A DNA stretch of 64,000 bases. Source: the human T2T-CHM13v2.0 reference genome, Homo sapiens. The notes under the pieces are model-generated. The model ran no database searches. It saw nothing but the letters and a program-made list of their open reading frames with translations, and was not told where the DNA came from. The position numbers and the translations under genes are program-made. Location of the stretch: assembly GCF_009914755.1 (NCBI RefSeq), contig NC_060935.1. One strand, 5' to 3'. How positions within the stretch are numbered: the first letter of the stretch is position 1; each line of letters starts with the position of its first letter. Of the stretch, positions 29,933-46,744 are shown piece after piece.

Positions 29933-30246
29933 GGCCGGGGGCAGTGCCTCACACCTGTAATCCCAGCAATTTGAGAGGCCAAGGCCAGGGGATTGCTTGA
30001 GCCCAGGAGTTCAAAACCAGCCTGGGCAACATAGCAAGACCCCATCCCTACAAAACAATTTTTAAAATAGCTGGGCATGGTAGTGCATGCCTGTAGTACC
30101 ATCTACTTGGGAGGCTGGGGTAGGAGGATTACTGGAGCCTAGGAGGTCGAGGCTGCAGTGAGCTGTGACCATGCCACTGTACTCCAGCCTGGGAAACAGA
30201 GTGAGACCTTATATCAAACAAACAAACAAACAAAAACAAAAAAAAA
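29933..30246 (+). mobile_element. AluJ
   Basis: Alu dimer. Confidence 0.93.
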
Positions 30247-30342
30247 CTTTGGGGCAAACGCAAACATGCAGTTTATAACAGTCGTTTTCTTCTTACAACT
30301 TCACATGGTCTTCCCTCCATGCACGTCTGTGTCCTAATCTCC

Positions 30343-30671
30343 TTTTCTTTTCTTTTCTTTTCTTTTCTTTTCTTTTCTTTTCTTTTCTTTTGTTTTTTTG
30401 AGATGGAGTCTCACTCTATCGCCCAGGCTGGAGTTCAGTGATGCAATCTTGGCTCACTGCAGCCACCACTTACTGGTTCAAGCAATTCTCCTGCCTCAGC
30501 CTCCTGAGTAGCTGGGACTACAGGTGCCCGCCACCACACCCGGCTAATTTTTGTATTTTTAGTAGAGACAGGGTTTCACCATGTTGGTCAAGCTATTCTG
30601 ACCTCAGGTGATCCACCAGCCTCCACCTCCCCAATTGCTGGGATTACAGGCGTGAGCCACCACGCCCAGCC
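30343..30671 (-). mobile_element. AluS with (TTTTC)n tail
   Basis: TSD CCTAATCTCCT. Confidence 0.93.
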
Positions 30672-30952
30672 GAACCTAATCTCCTCTTCTTATGAAATAG
30701 CAGCCATTGGATTAGGGCCCATACGTATGGCCTCATTTTACCTTAATTACCTCTTTAAAGACCCTATCTCCAAATACAGTCACATTGTTCAGTACTGGGG
30801 TTTAGGACTTCAACATAGGAATTGGGAGGGAGAAGCACACAATTCAGCCCATAACAAACACAGAGGACAAACCCAAACATAAATAATATCAGTGAGTTAA
30901 TATGAAACCCATCCTTGATTTTTGCATTCTTTGCAATATATCCTTTATTCTT

Positions 30953-31252
30953 TTTTTTTTTTTTTTTTTTTTGAGACGGAGTCTCGCTGTCGCCCAGGCT
31001 GGAGTGCAGTGGCGCAATCTCGGCTCACTGCAAGCTCCGCCCCCTGGGGTTCACGCCATTCTCCTGCCTCAGCCTCCCGAGTAGCTGGGACTACAGGCGC
31101 CCGCCACCTCGCCCGGCTAATTTTTTGTATTTTTAGTAGAGACGGGGTTTCACCGTGTTAGCCAGGATGGTCTCGATCTCCTGACCTCGTGATCCGCCCG
31201 CCTCGGCCTCCCAAAGTGCTGGGATTACAGGCGTGAGCCACCGCGCCCGGCC
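30953..31252 (-). mobile_element. Young AluY (AluYe lineage)
   Basis: GGCGAGGTGGCG, GAACCCCAGGGGGCGG, GGCGACAGCGAGAC on minus strand; TSD TATATCCTTTATTCTT. Confidence 0.9.
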
Positions 31253-31309
31253 TATATCCTTTATTCTTAAGTGAATATTATTCATTGAGGATGGGGGCTC
31301 TTTCCATGG

Positions 31310-31500
31310 AAGTGAGGCAGCATGTGTGAGAGTTTTCAGTCCAACAGAACTTATTTTGATTTGCTTCTCTGCTATGGACCACTGAAAACTTGGGCAATTA
31401 CTTTGTGCCACTAAGCCTTAGTATTCTTAACTATATGAGAATAACAATAATGCCTACTTCACAGAATTACTGTGAAGATTATATGAGATAATCTGTGTGT
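31310..31500 (+). mobile_element. MIR
   Basis: CTTGGGCAATTACTT...AATAATGCCTACTTCACAG. Confidence 0.7.
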
Positions 31501-31564
31501 AACAAATTTTTTTTTCTTTCTTATTCAGCAAAAGAAGCTGCCAGCAGTTTAATATAGATTACCT

Positions 31565-32180
<616 letters not shown>

Positions 32181-32604
32181 TGAAGATATCTTTAGAGTCT
32201 TCCTTCCTTAAATGTGGAGGCCAAAGCAATGCCGTCCTGGAGTTGACTCCATGTTGCACCATGTTGACTTCTGATTAACTCCAGTTCCAGGAACATCTCT
32301 AAAATATTGTTTATCTATTGTTCTTTGTGTGAGAGCATCTACTTACTATAAATCCTGCCCTTAGGTCAAAACAACTTTGTTGATTCATGAGTAAATCATG
32401 TGGCTAAGTTAAATCAAACCTCTCTTTTGCCTGAAATAGCCAGAAAATAAAATGTGAATTTGACTATGAGGTTTTCTTAAATTGGCCTAGTAATTTTGAA
32501 TGTATTACAAGAATTGAAAAAAAGGAGACACTGTCATTTCAAAGAGTTCTTCTCTTAAGATGTAATATGAAAATATCTAACAATCTTGATTTTGCTTCCT
32601 AATT

Positions 32605-32800
32605 GTTCTTGTATTGATACATGACATTTGTACATATTTATGGGTTACATGTGATGTTTTGCTACATGCATGCAATGTGTAATGATCAAATCAGGGTATT
32701 TAGCATATCTATCACCTTGAAATGTATCATTTCTTTGTATTGGGAACATTTCAAATCTTCTAGCTCTTTTGAAATATAAAATGGATTATTATTAACTATT
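32605..32800 (-). mobile_element. L1MA 3' UTR fragment inside the insert
   Basis: TGTACATATTTATGGG...GTAATGATCAAATCAGGGTA...GGGAACATTTCAAATCTTC. Confidence 0.85.
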
Positions 32801-32877
32801 TTAAAAAACAACCTTGATGTTATTGTACTTCATTTGTCCTACATATCTTTTCTGAAGCACGAACACCCTTTCCCTGA

Positions 32878-33294
<417 letters not shown>

Positions 33295-33929
33295 TAAATG
33301 TTTCTTTCTAAGGAACTGGATTTGTCAGCCTCTTTCTTCAGCCTCTCCAAGTTTCTTTGGACTTTGGGGGATGAAGTCGCATAGACCTGTCCACCAAGGA
33401 ACACCAAGGAAACATCTAGGGGCCTGACGCTTAACTGAGTGAAGGAGGTTCCCTTCAGTAGGGAGTTAGGGGCAAGTTTGCAGAGTGAGCCCAGGGATCT
33501 TCGGGTGAGGACAACTAACCCCTTTCCCCAGTCTCAAACCTTCTCCCTGGGATTTGGAGTTAGATATATTGAGGTGAATGTGGGCAACCCAGAAAGAATC
33601 CAGAGACAGGAGAAGGCAACAAACAAGTCCAAGTGGGTAAAGAGATACAGACCATGTGGCCATCCTTGGCAATAAACCAGAGGAAGAGTGTAGATGGTGA
33701 TTTTGTGTTCTTTAAGTCCTGGATGCTGGAATTGGCTCTGGTCTATCTCTTAAGACCTTGAATTTGCAAAATAAGCTGATTACATTAGTAATCAAACCCT
33801 GGAGTCTCGGCTTAGCAATGACAAGAGGCCTCTGCAGAGCACAGGCATCCCCTTTCCCTGAACTGGGGAGCTGAGGCCCCACCTCTGCACTTTGCTCTGG
33901 CTCCTTCTCAGTTGAAGGGTTGGGGTGCA

Positions 33930-34480
33930 CATCCGCACCGGATCTGCTGTTTCTCCCCACCTGGAGCTGCATGAAGGAATTAAATATAAACCTTGGACGT
34001 TTGGGCTGTGAGCTGCCTCCGTGAGCGTAACCCCAAGGGAATTGCAACCCATCCTCGGATCTCCCTACCCCCATCTGCGGCAGATTCCACTCTAGCAACA
34101 ATGGTTGCTCCAGTAGCAGAGAACCGGGGCCTGGATTTGGCCACTGCCCGCCACGCCACGGCCAGCTTCTGCAGCACTCAGGCCCTTCACTGCAGTCAAC
34201 CCACTGAAATAGGTCCAAACAGTCTGAGCTTCACCTCGAGACACCTGTCAGGGCTCTTCGGCCCTAGGACACCTAAAGGCAAGGAGGATGGAGCCCCGCG
34301 GACAGGGTGATTGAACTTCTGAACTTCCAGCTCTTACCAGCAGGTGGAACCCCAAACAATGCAGTTCCAGAACAGACTGAGAACGTTGTATCCAGTAAGA
34401 GCACACAGCGCCGTCTCTAACACGCGGTAACCACCTTTAAAAATGAGTAGTTATTACGGGAAAGGTAATTATTCACGTAA
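33930..34480. promoter_or_regulatory. CpG-enriched non-repeat segment; candidate promoter/enhancer
   Basis: About 20 CpG in ~550 bp outside any recognised repeat; TATAAA ~33985; AGCAAC-N4-GTTGCT inverted half-sites. Confidence 0.35.
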
Positions 34481-34688
34481 CAACTTCCTCTCCCCCTCAC
34501 TATTTTATTTTTGCAAAATGGAAAGAAGAGAAGGAATTTCTCCCTGTTAGCAGAAGAATGAAACTCTAGTCCGGAATATGATTTTTTTCCTTAACCTTAA
34601 AGGATTGTGCAGAGGAAATGAAAAGTCCTAAAGTACCCTCCCTTTTACTTTCTCACCTCTCCTGCTACCCCTACTCCTTAAATTTCAG

Positions 34689-34766
34689 TTGCCTACTATA
34701 GCTATAACCATAGCAACCCAGCTGGTGGGAAATTATGGAAACTCCTACTCATTCTCCTAGATTCAG
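34689..34766 (+). other. Candidate 78-nt internal exon
   Basis: ~40-nt pyrimidine tract plus TTTCAG acceptor; consensus CAG|GTAAGT donor; no transcript evidence available. Confidence 0.3.
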
Positions 34767-35338
34767 GTAAGTCTTCACCTTATCTGGGAAGGCTCCACCA
34801 GTCTCCACTTTGGCATCAGAAGAGACTATCTCACTGTTATCATGACATGGACATCCCGTGCATGCCTGTATTTGAACACTTGTCTCATTGTTTCAGAACT
34901 CTGTTGGCCTCCTTCATTACAGAATGATCTACTTGTTCATATTTGCATCCCTGGTGCAAATGTGTGGATTAGTGCCTGGCACATAGAAGCTGCTTAGTGC
35001 ATTTCCCACTCGTCAATGCCAGAAACTGAAAGGAGGAGGGGTGGAGACTGTATGGCATTAGGATGGGAGGGGGAGGGGAATGAGTGGAGTCAGAGTGGCC
35101 TAAGGGGCCCTGGCAAGACAGCCACGGAGGAGATAGGAATCATGCCCTTAGCCAAGAAAGCTGTGCCTGGAACGCAGGCTGTCCAGGGGAGCAGAGGGGG
35201 ATAAGAAACTGGAGAAAAGCAGTGAAGATAGCAACCTGAGAGTATGGGGGTGGCAGGGCAGGGAGAAGTTGAAGTTCAGATCAGTCCACAGCCTTTGAAA
35301 TGGGTTAGGGCAAGAGGTTCAAGACTGAGACCTGGTGA

Positions 35339-35772
<434 letters not shown>

Positions 35773-35899
35773 TCAATTCCTCTTCTAGTGGCTCAGGGAG
35801 GTGGGAAAGAAACAGATCCAGTATGAATACCTTGTAATCACACCTTTAACCTTTTAAACTGCTAAACGACACACATCATTTTATTTAAAAGCAATATGG

Positions 35900-36438
<539 letters not shown>

Positions 36439-36479
36439 GGTTCTTTCCTTCCAGTGCCAGCCAAGAATGTGTTGTCCAA

Positions 36480-37020
36480 ATGGTTCTTCCTGAATCCATC
36501 TAAATTGCACTAAATCTTATCATGATTTGTTTTTCAAATGGGGGGTGGAGGTTGAGTGCTCAATATGATTGCAATAATCCTTTTACAGGGTCTACAGAAG
36601 ACTATATGGGTACTTGCTAACTTTTGAACTATATTCTTCTTTCTCTCATCTGTTACCTGGTGGATGTAATCTGTGCCATTTTTGCCTGTTCTTTCACCTT
36701 TGGGTGATGAGGCAATAATCGTTGCTGCAGGAACATTCACTCAGCCAAACTATTTCACCAACATTTTGTCCTCAAATACATTCTTTGTTTCCCATGTGAA
36801 AATTGGTCTGTCTTTCATGAACAGAGATGACAATGTGATACTCTTCATCTTCAATGGGCTTTGTTAGCTTTCTTAGAATAACAATAGGTGGTGGTGAGCT
36901 GTCCACAAACTGTTTCACTTGGGATCTCAACCTTATTAGTAAGAAACGTGATTGGAAGGCTGAAGCAGTAGACTAGAAATTTGTGCAATTACAATTCCTG
37001 CATTAGCTATAAAACTGTCC
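36480..37020 (-). mobile_element. Possible second decayed RTE-clade LINE relic
   Basis: Minus-strand motifs LRKL..AH*R*RVSH and VWLSECSCSNDYCL, with frameshifts. Confidence 0.35.
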
Positions 37021-37279
37021 CATGTCAAAGGATAGACGGGTGAACCTATAAACTGAAATTTCAAATAAGAAATCTGAAGGATGGTTCTCTTTGTATAATA
37101 ACCATCTTACATAGGGAAAGAGAGAGTGATCTCCTATATATCATTAATCTCCTCTCAGCACATTGCCTGTCATTTGTCACTCCTTTAGAGTAATAATGAC
37201 ATTGTGTAAGCACACTGGGGAATGTAAGGTGCACAAGGAGTCAGTTTTTTTTCTAACTACTCCCAATATAGTTAGAAAA

Positions 37280-38759
<1,480 letters not shown>

Positions 38760-39038
38760 TCACATATCTGTTACGTTTGGCTTTCTGTTGTGGAATAAAA
38801 ATGGTTACATTTGCCATTAGTTAAGAGCTTGGGCTCTAGGGTCAAACAGACCAGATTTCGAATCCTGACTCTAAAACACAGTAGCTAAGATGTTCTTAGA
38901 AAAGTTGAGCCTTCATTTTTTTTTCATCTGTAAGATGAGGCTAATGAAGGGGCCTCCTCCACTGGGATGGTAATAAATCAAGCTGGGTTCTCTGTAGCAC
39001 ACAGAAGTCTATGTGGAAAAAAAGAAAAAGAAATCAAG

Positions 39039-39340
39039 GGCCAGGCACGGTGGCTCACATCTGTAATCCCAGCACTCTGGGAGGCCGAGGCAGGTGGATT
39101 GCCTGAGCTCAGGAGTTCGAAGCCAGCCTGCGCAACACGGTGAAATCCTGTCTCTACTAAAATGCAAAAAAAATTTAGCCGGGCATGGCGGTGTGTGCCT
39201 ATAATCCCAGCTACTTTGGAGGCTGAGGCAGGAGAATCACTTGAACCTGGAGTTGCAGGTTGCAATGAGCTGAGATCGTGCCATTGCACTCCAGCCTAGG
39301 TGACAGAGTGAGACAGACAAAAAAAAATAATAATAAAAAA
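39039..39340 (+). mobile_element. AluS
   Basis: TSD AAAAAGAAATCAAG. Confidence 0.93.
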
Positions 39341-39348
39341 AGAAATCA

Positions 39349-39475
39349 AGCCGGGCTCAGTGGCACGTGCCTGTAATCTCAGCTGTGGGGGAGGCTGGGG
39401 CAGGAGGATAGCTTGAGTCCAGGAGTTCAAGACCAGCCTGGGCAAGACAGAAAGACCCCATCTCAAAAGAAAGAA
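39349..39475 (+). mobile_element. FLAM
   Basis: Left monomer. Confidence 0.85.
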
Positions 39476-40228
39476 ATCAGTTAGCAGCTCGGTGCTCACC
39501 AGATGAAACGCTTAATGAATGTTGATTGTTTTCTGCAAACACTGCTAATAATTATAGCATGGTACTACAAAGATTATCAGTCATCGAAAAACAACAATGT
39601 ATTTTACCAAATATTGACTTTTTAAAAATTCCAGAGTAATGTCAGGAAAGATGATACGAATCACTCAATTAGCCAAAGACAAAATTGGTGCTTTGTGGGC
39701 CAGTCCCTTTGCAAACAGGTGCTGCCATATGGTGCTTCCAGGCAGCAGAGCCCTGTCCTCTGCTGGCAGTCATAACAGATGCCATCAGCCTTGTCAAACC
39801 AGTCCGATTAGGTCACATGGCTTCAAGTAATCTGTTTTAGTTCCCTCTCTGGCCAGTCTATAAACTGAGGTAATCAAGGAACTTGGTTCTAACGCTTGGT
39901 AAAGAAGGAGAACTGGGTGGGGGGTGCAGGCAGAAGGATAATTAAGAGAAAATGTATTCTGGAACTAGATAGAGGTGATGGTTATACAACATGGTGAATA
40001 TACTAGATGTTACTGATGGTAAATTATGTTATGTATAGTTTACCACAATAAAAGAGATAGACAGAATGGTGCAAGATTGACCCCTGAGATTCACAGAATA
40101 ATCTGCTAGGTACAAACACAGACTTGGGCTATGATTCCAGTAAAGAACAAAAGAAACATGTAGTCACTTTACAAATTGACAGAGATGCATAAACGTGTCA
40201 TGCATAAAAGATGAAAGTATTCCATGTC

Positions 40229-40586
40229 TGATATGGTTTGGCTCTGTGTGCCCACCCAAATTGCATCTCGATTTGTAATCCCCACATGTCGAGGGAAGGT
40301 GGTGACTGGATCATGGAGGTGGTTTCTCCCATGCTGTTCTCATGACAGTGAGTGAGTTCTCACAAGATCTGATGTTTTATAAATGTTTGGAAGTCGCTCC
40401 TTTGCTCTTCTCTTTCCTGCCACCTTGTGAAGGAGGTGCTTGCATCCTCTTCACCTTCCGCCATGACTGTAAGTTTCCTGAGGCCTCCCCAGACATGTGG
40501 AACAGCGAGTCAATTAAGCCTCTTTCCTTTATAAATTATCCAGTCTTCGGTATTTCTTTTTAGCAGTGTGAAAATGGACTAATATA
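40229..40586 (+). mobile_element. THE1D-like MaLR solo LTR
   Basis: TGATATGGTTTGGCTCTGTG...GAAAATGGACTAATATA; 5-bp TSD ATGTC. Confidence 0.93.
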
Positions 40587-40909
40587 ATGTCATACATTCA
40601 TGATGAAGTAACAGTGACCTTTAGCTTATCAAGGAGACCTGAAACTTGGATCTGTATGACCTCTAAGGAGCAACTGTGTACAATTTGGACTCAGCTTTAT
40701 GGGAATAAATGAAATGTAACAGGTGCATATGGTGCCACTTTCTTGCCTGTGGAAATGGAGCATTGTTCTTCCGTCTATCAAAGTTGCCTGGTGTAGAGCT
40801 TACATTTCCTAAGAATAGCATAAAATCTACTGACTGTTCTTTTCCCACAATTAAAGTCAGGCATTGGTTATTTTTGGCTTCATATATTTAAAGTAGAAAT
40901 AAGAATGTG

Positions 40910-41275
<366 letters not shown>

Positions 41276-41459
41276 TTTTAAGAGATTAAAACGTTTTTTT
41301 AAAAAAGAATATGTTAATTACAAGATTTCTGGCATACAATATCTCCTGCTATACATTAAAGATTTTCCAAGTTTCTACTTGGATTGGGACCTTTGAGGTC
41401 CAGCGCAGGAAGGAGAATGTCTGTGGGAAAGAGGTTCTAAATTTATCTCAGTATATGCA

Positions 41460-41700
41460 ACAATCATTTACTGGAGCTTAGACTATGCCCAGCACTTTGC
41501 TAAGCTCATTACAAAAGTTATCACACTTAATCCTCACAACAATCCTATGGAGGCAGGTACTATTTTCATCCACAGTGTACAGATGATAGGTCTGAGGCTT
41601 GGAGATATTATATAACTTTCCCAAAGTCACATGGCTAATAATTAGCCAGGATGGGAGCTAAGGGCCATATCACTCCAAATCTTATACTCTTAATCACTAG
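41460..41700 (-). mobile_element. MIR
   Basis: TTAATCCTCACAACAATCCTATG...CCCAAAGTCACATGGCTA. Confidence 0.8.
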
Positions 41701-41924
41701 CTCTGCCGCCTCTGTGTTCCACCTGAGTGGAAAACTGAGTTTCACCATTTTTTCTCCACCTCTTGGCTCTGCTTTCCTCTGGAATGGCTTCGTCCTCAAG
41801 CAGGCTTTGTCCCCGGGCTGCAAAGATGGCCCTAGCAGCTCTGGGTGTGTGTGATTCTTAGCCTCTGTGATTCCCAGGAAAATGGGTGTTATAATTGTCA
41901 TGGAGAGGGCTCCGGGGTAGATTC

Positions 41925-42400
41925 CCATGAACAGTTCTTCGCTTTGTTGTGTGAGCATGCCACTTCTCCCGTCAAGAGGTGGAGTTTATTTCCTTTCCTC
42001 CTGAACCTGAGATGGTTTCTTTGACCAACACGCATTCTGGAACTTCTGAACCCAGGCCTTTGAAAGACAAACAGCCTTTGCTTTGCTGTCTAAGAACCCA
42101 ACTGCCATGCTGTAAAGAAGTCCAGGCTATGTCACTGGATGGAGGCCCCACAGAGAGGCCCTGAAGGATGAGATGCCACATGGAAGGAGGCCCATGAAGG
42201 AAAATCGAGGCACCTCAGCAGACAGTCATTACTAGGGTCCTGGACCTTTCAGCTCAGCCCAGCTGACAGCAGAATGCAGCTGTGAGTAAATCCAGCCAAC
42301 GCCACACAGGGTAGAAGAACACCCTGTCAACCCACAGAATCACAAGAAATAATGCATCCTTGTTTAAAGATGCCAAGTTTGGGGGAAGACAGTTATTGCT
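41925..42400 (+). mobile_element. MLT1F/G-type MaLR LTR
   Basis: CAAGAGGTGGAGTTTATTTCC...CAACCCACAGAATC...GCCAAGTTTGGGG. Confidence 0.75.
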
Positions 42401-43158
42401 ATTGGCTTGGCATGAGTAATGTGCACATTTCTGGATATTTCATGCCCAGGAGCATGCAGGCCTCTGATTGGGAAGGTGTGCTTCACCTGCATCCTCCCTC
42501 GGCACCTTGGTGGGTACCCACAGAAATGCTAGACAGATGGAAAAAACCTGTGTCCACCTGCCTTGTGTGGTTTTTGTTAATGTGGTAGAAAGAGCAAGGA
42601 CTTTGGGGTCCAAATACCTGGATTCGAATATCTGGCCATCTCTCTTTCCAATATGCCACCACGAACAGGACATATGGTTTCTCTACATCTTTCTTAAAAC
42701 TAGAAATGATTTTTCACACAAGGTTCTTTTGTGGAGATGAAGAGAGATTTATTTCGTGAATATTCACCGAGTTCTTCCAATAGACCTGGCACTATCCAGT
42801 GCATTATAAGCGCTTTGAAGACAAGCTCTTTGTACTATCATTTTTTCTGAAGTTCCAAACATATTTATTGAATGAATGAATTGTGTCAGATCCTGGTGAC
42901 ACAAAGATAAGTGCAGAATTGGTCTCTGAAAAGTTCACAGTTAATGGTAAAGAATGTGTACAAGACTACAAAGTGGCATACAAAATTTAGTTGTTATTAT
43001 TTAACCTTTTCAATGCAGTGATTCATGCACTCATTCATTCATTTACTAACTCTTCCTACTTCATTCCCAACAGTATTTGCAGAAGCTTTAAAAAATCATT
43101 CCATATAAAAGGATAAAGTACAGATGAAGAATTAGGGCAAAGGGAAAATAAAGGTTAG

Positions 43159-43710
<552 letters not shown>

Positions 43711-43849
43711 TAGGAAAGATCTTGGAAAAACTGCTTCTACTCCAGTTGGGTTAAATTGGTTGGTTCAGTCTAAAGACCTAACCATTGTGTATATGGTGAT
43801 CAAATGGGAAGCAGTGGAGACTAGTAGGTAAAAACTAGGAAGGAAGCAG

Positions 43850-44050
43850 CTAGAAGCTGAAAACCAAGCTTCAGATTCCTCCTCTATCACTTACTACGTA
43901 TGTAACCTTGAGCAGGTCACCTCACTAAGGCTGTTTCCTCATCAGTAAAATGGGTGTAACAGTAGTATTTACAACATAGGGTTGTTATGAGAATTAAACG
44001 AAATAAACTGCATAGTACATAGTAAATGTTCATAAATGTTAGCTATTACC
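43850..44050 (+). mobile_element. MIR
   Basis: TGTTTCCTCATCAGTAAAATGGG. Confidence 0.8.
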
Positions 44051-44553
44051 ACCATTGTAGTGGAAAGAGGATCAATTATGGAGGTGCCTGGCTTTGGGGC
44101 AGCTGTAGTTTTATTGCAAGTCTGAGTAGGTGGGTATTAATTAGGACATTCTGATGACAAGTGAAATGGAGGTAATACTGGTCATTTGAAAATTACTCAT
44201 GTGCTTTTATATTTAGCTTGTCAGAACACATGACTTCCACCCTTGTCTTCCTGAGGCATCCTTTTGCCTGGGGAGATTAAAAGTGTTACAGAGGAATGCA
44301 AAGAGGAAATCCAGCTTCTGACACTCAAAAATAGGATTTTCATGCACTACTCTAGCAAGAGAGGACTGTGGATCTTCCTTTACCTCTATCTTTATTTATC
44401 AAGGTCCAGGCTAGTGAACTGTAGCGTTCCATACAGGAAGAAGAAGGAGGACAATGCTGCCCCTTCTTGGCCTCAGAGGTATTGTGGGAGGAAGAATAAA
44501 GAGAGGGGGATAAACCAAGTGTTTAAATATGGATCCCAGTCTTTCCTCTCTAG

Positions 44554-44998
<445 letters not shown>

Positions 44999-45288
44999 TT
45001 TTTTTTTGAGACAAAGTCTCACTCCATCAACCAGGCTGGGTGCAATGGCATGATCTCGGCTCACTGCAAACTCCACCACCTGGGTTCAAGTGATTCTCCT
45101 GCCTCGCCCTCCAGAGTAGCTGGCATTACAGGCACATGCCACCACACCGGCTAATTTTTGTATTTTTAGTAGAGACGGGGTTTCACCATGTTGGCCAGGC
45201 TGGTCTCGAGCTCTTGATCTCAAGTAATCTACCTGTCTTGGCCTCCCAAAGTGCTGGGATTACAGGCATGAGCCAACACACCTGGCTG
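44999..45288 (-). mobile_element. AluS
   Basis: Alu dimer in tandem with the previous one. Confidence 0.93.
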
Positions 45289-45677
45289 GGCAGAATCATT
45301 CTTGAAGTTTCGGTTTCTCAGCTGCTCTCAAGCATCAGAGGGCTGCAATCAGCTTGCTATGGTGGAGCAAGGTCGTCTACCTCATCACAGAAGCTGGTGG
45401 GACACTGGTGGGGGTGAACTGCTGGTAGCGGACAGAGGAAGATGAAGCAGAGGCTCAGAGGTCTGCAGCCAGGAATGATGCAGCTCAGGAGAGATCTGAC
45501 TGCATCCTCCACCTAGAGCCCCTGTCATTCTCTCTGTAATGTTGAAAGAAACCAGTTCTGTGTGACCTTGGACAGACCCCTTAAACTCTCTGGGCTTCCA
45601 ACTTCTCATCTGTAAAATGAAGAGGCAGGCAGGATAATCTCCAAAGCTCACCCTAGTCATGAAATTCTATGTGTCTG

Positions 45678-46056
<379 letters not shown>

Positions 46057-46074
46057 CTAATTGAACTGCTAAAG

Positions 46075-46297
46075 CAGGGGTGTCCAATCTTTTAGCTTCC
46101 CTGGGCCACACTGGAAGAAGAAGCATTGTCTTGAGCCACGCATAAAATACACGAACACTAATGATAGCTGATGAGCTATAAAAAAAAAACAACAACAACT
46201 CATAATGTTTTAAGAAAGTCTACGAATTTGTGTTGGGCCCCATTCAAAGCCATCCTGGGACACATGCTGCCCATGGGCTTCAAGTTGGACAACCTTG
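46075..46297 (+). mobile_element. MER30 (hAT-Charlie MITE), complete
   Basis: CAGGGGTGTCCAA...TTGGACAACCTTG TIRs; 8-bp TSD TGCTAAAG/TGCTAGAT. Confidence 0.9.
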
Positions 46298-46441
46298 TGC
46301 TAGATACTTAAGGTCACGGGGAAACCTGGTAGCTCCCAGAGGAGCAGCAGAATTATAAGGCCTCATGTCTAATGAATTTCAGAACTACCACTTCTGACAA
46401 AAATCCCCTCTGTTATTATGTTCAAGTAAAAGATTAAATAG

Positions 46442-46744
46442 AGCCAGGCGCGGTGGCTCACGCCTGTAATCCCAGCACTTTGGGAGGCTGAGGCGGGCAA
46501 ATCACGAGGTCAGGAGTTCAAGACCAGCCTGGCCAACATGGTGTAACCCTGTCTCTACTAAAAATACAAAAATTAGCTGGGCGTGGTGGCACGCCTGTAA
46601 TCCCAGTTACTCAGGAGCCTGAGGCAGGAAAAGCTCTTGAACCTGGGATGGGGAGGTTGCAGTGAGCCAAGATCGCACTGCTGCACTCCAGCCTAGGCAA
46701 CAGAGCAAGACTCCGTCTAAAAAAAAAAAAAAAAAAAAAAAAAA
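46442..46744 (+). mobile_element. AluSg
   Basis: ATCACGAGGTCAGGAGTTC; TSD AAAAGATTAA. Confidence 0.93.

Larger units (their letters stand above)
29436..30857 (-). mobile_element. MLT1-type MaLR LTR containing a nested MaLR LTR (~29597-30280) and two Alus
   Basis: Two LTR-antisense starts (GTCATAACAAAGTAGCACAGA; GCTATAACAAATTACCATA) and two ends (TTTATAACA; CCCATAACA). Confidence 0.8.

Noticed and set aside
33712-34218. 168-aa minus-strand ORF, the longest non-repeat ORF
   Set aside because: No recognisable domain, non-ATG start, GC-rich region with overlapping ORFs on both strands; consistent with chance
36480-36960. Processed pseudogene of a host gene
   Set aside because: No frame matched a protein I recognise; no poly(A) or TSD; LINE-relic reading fits better
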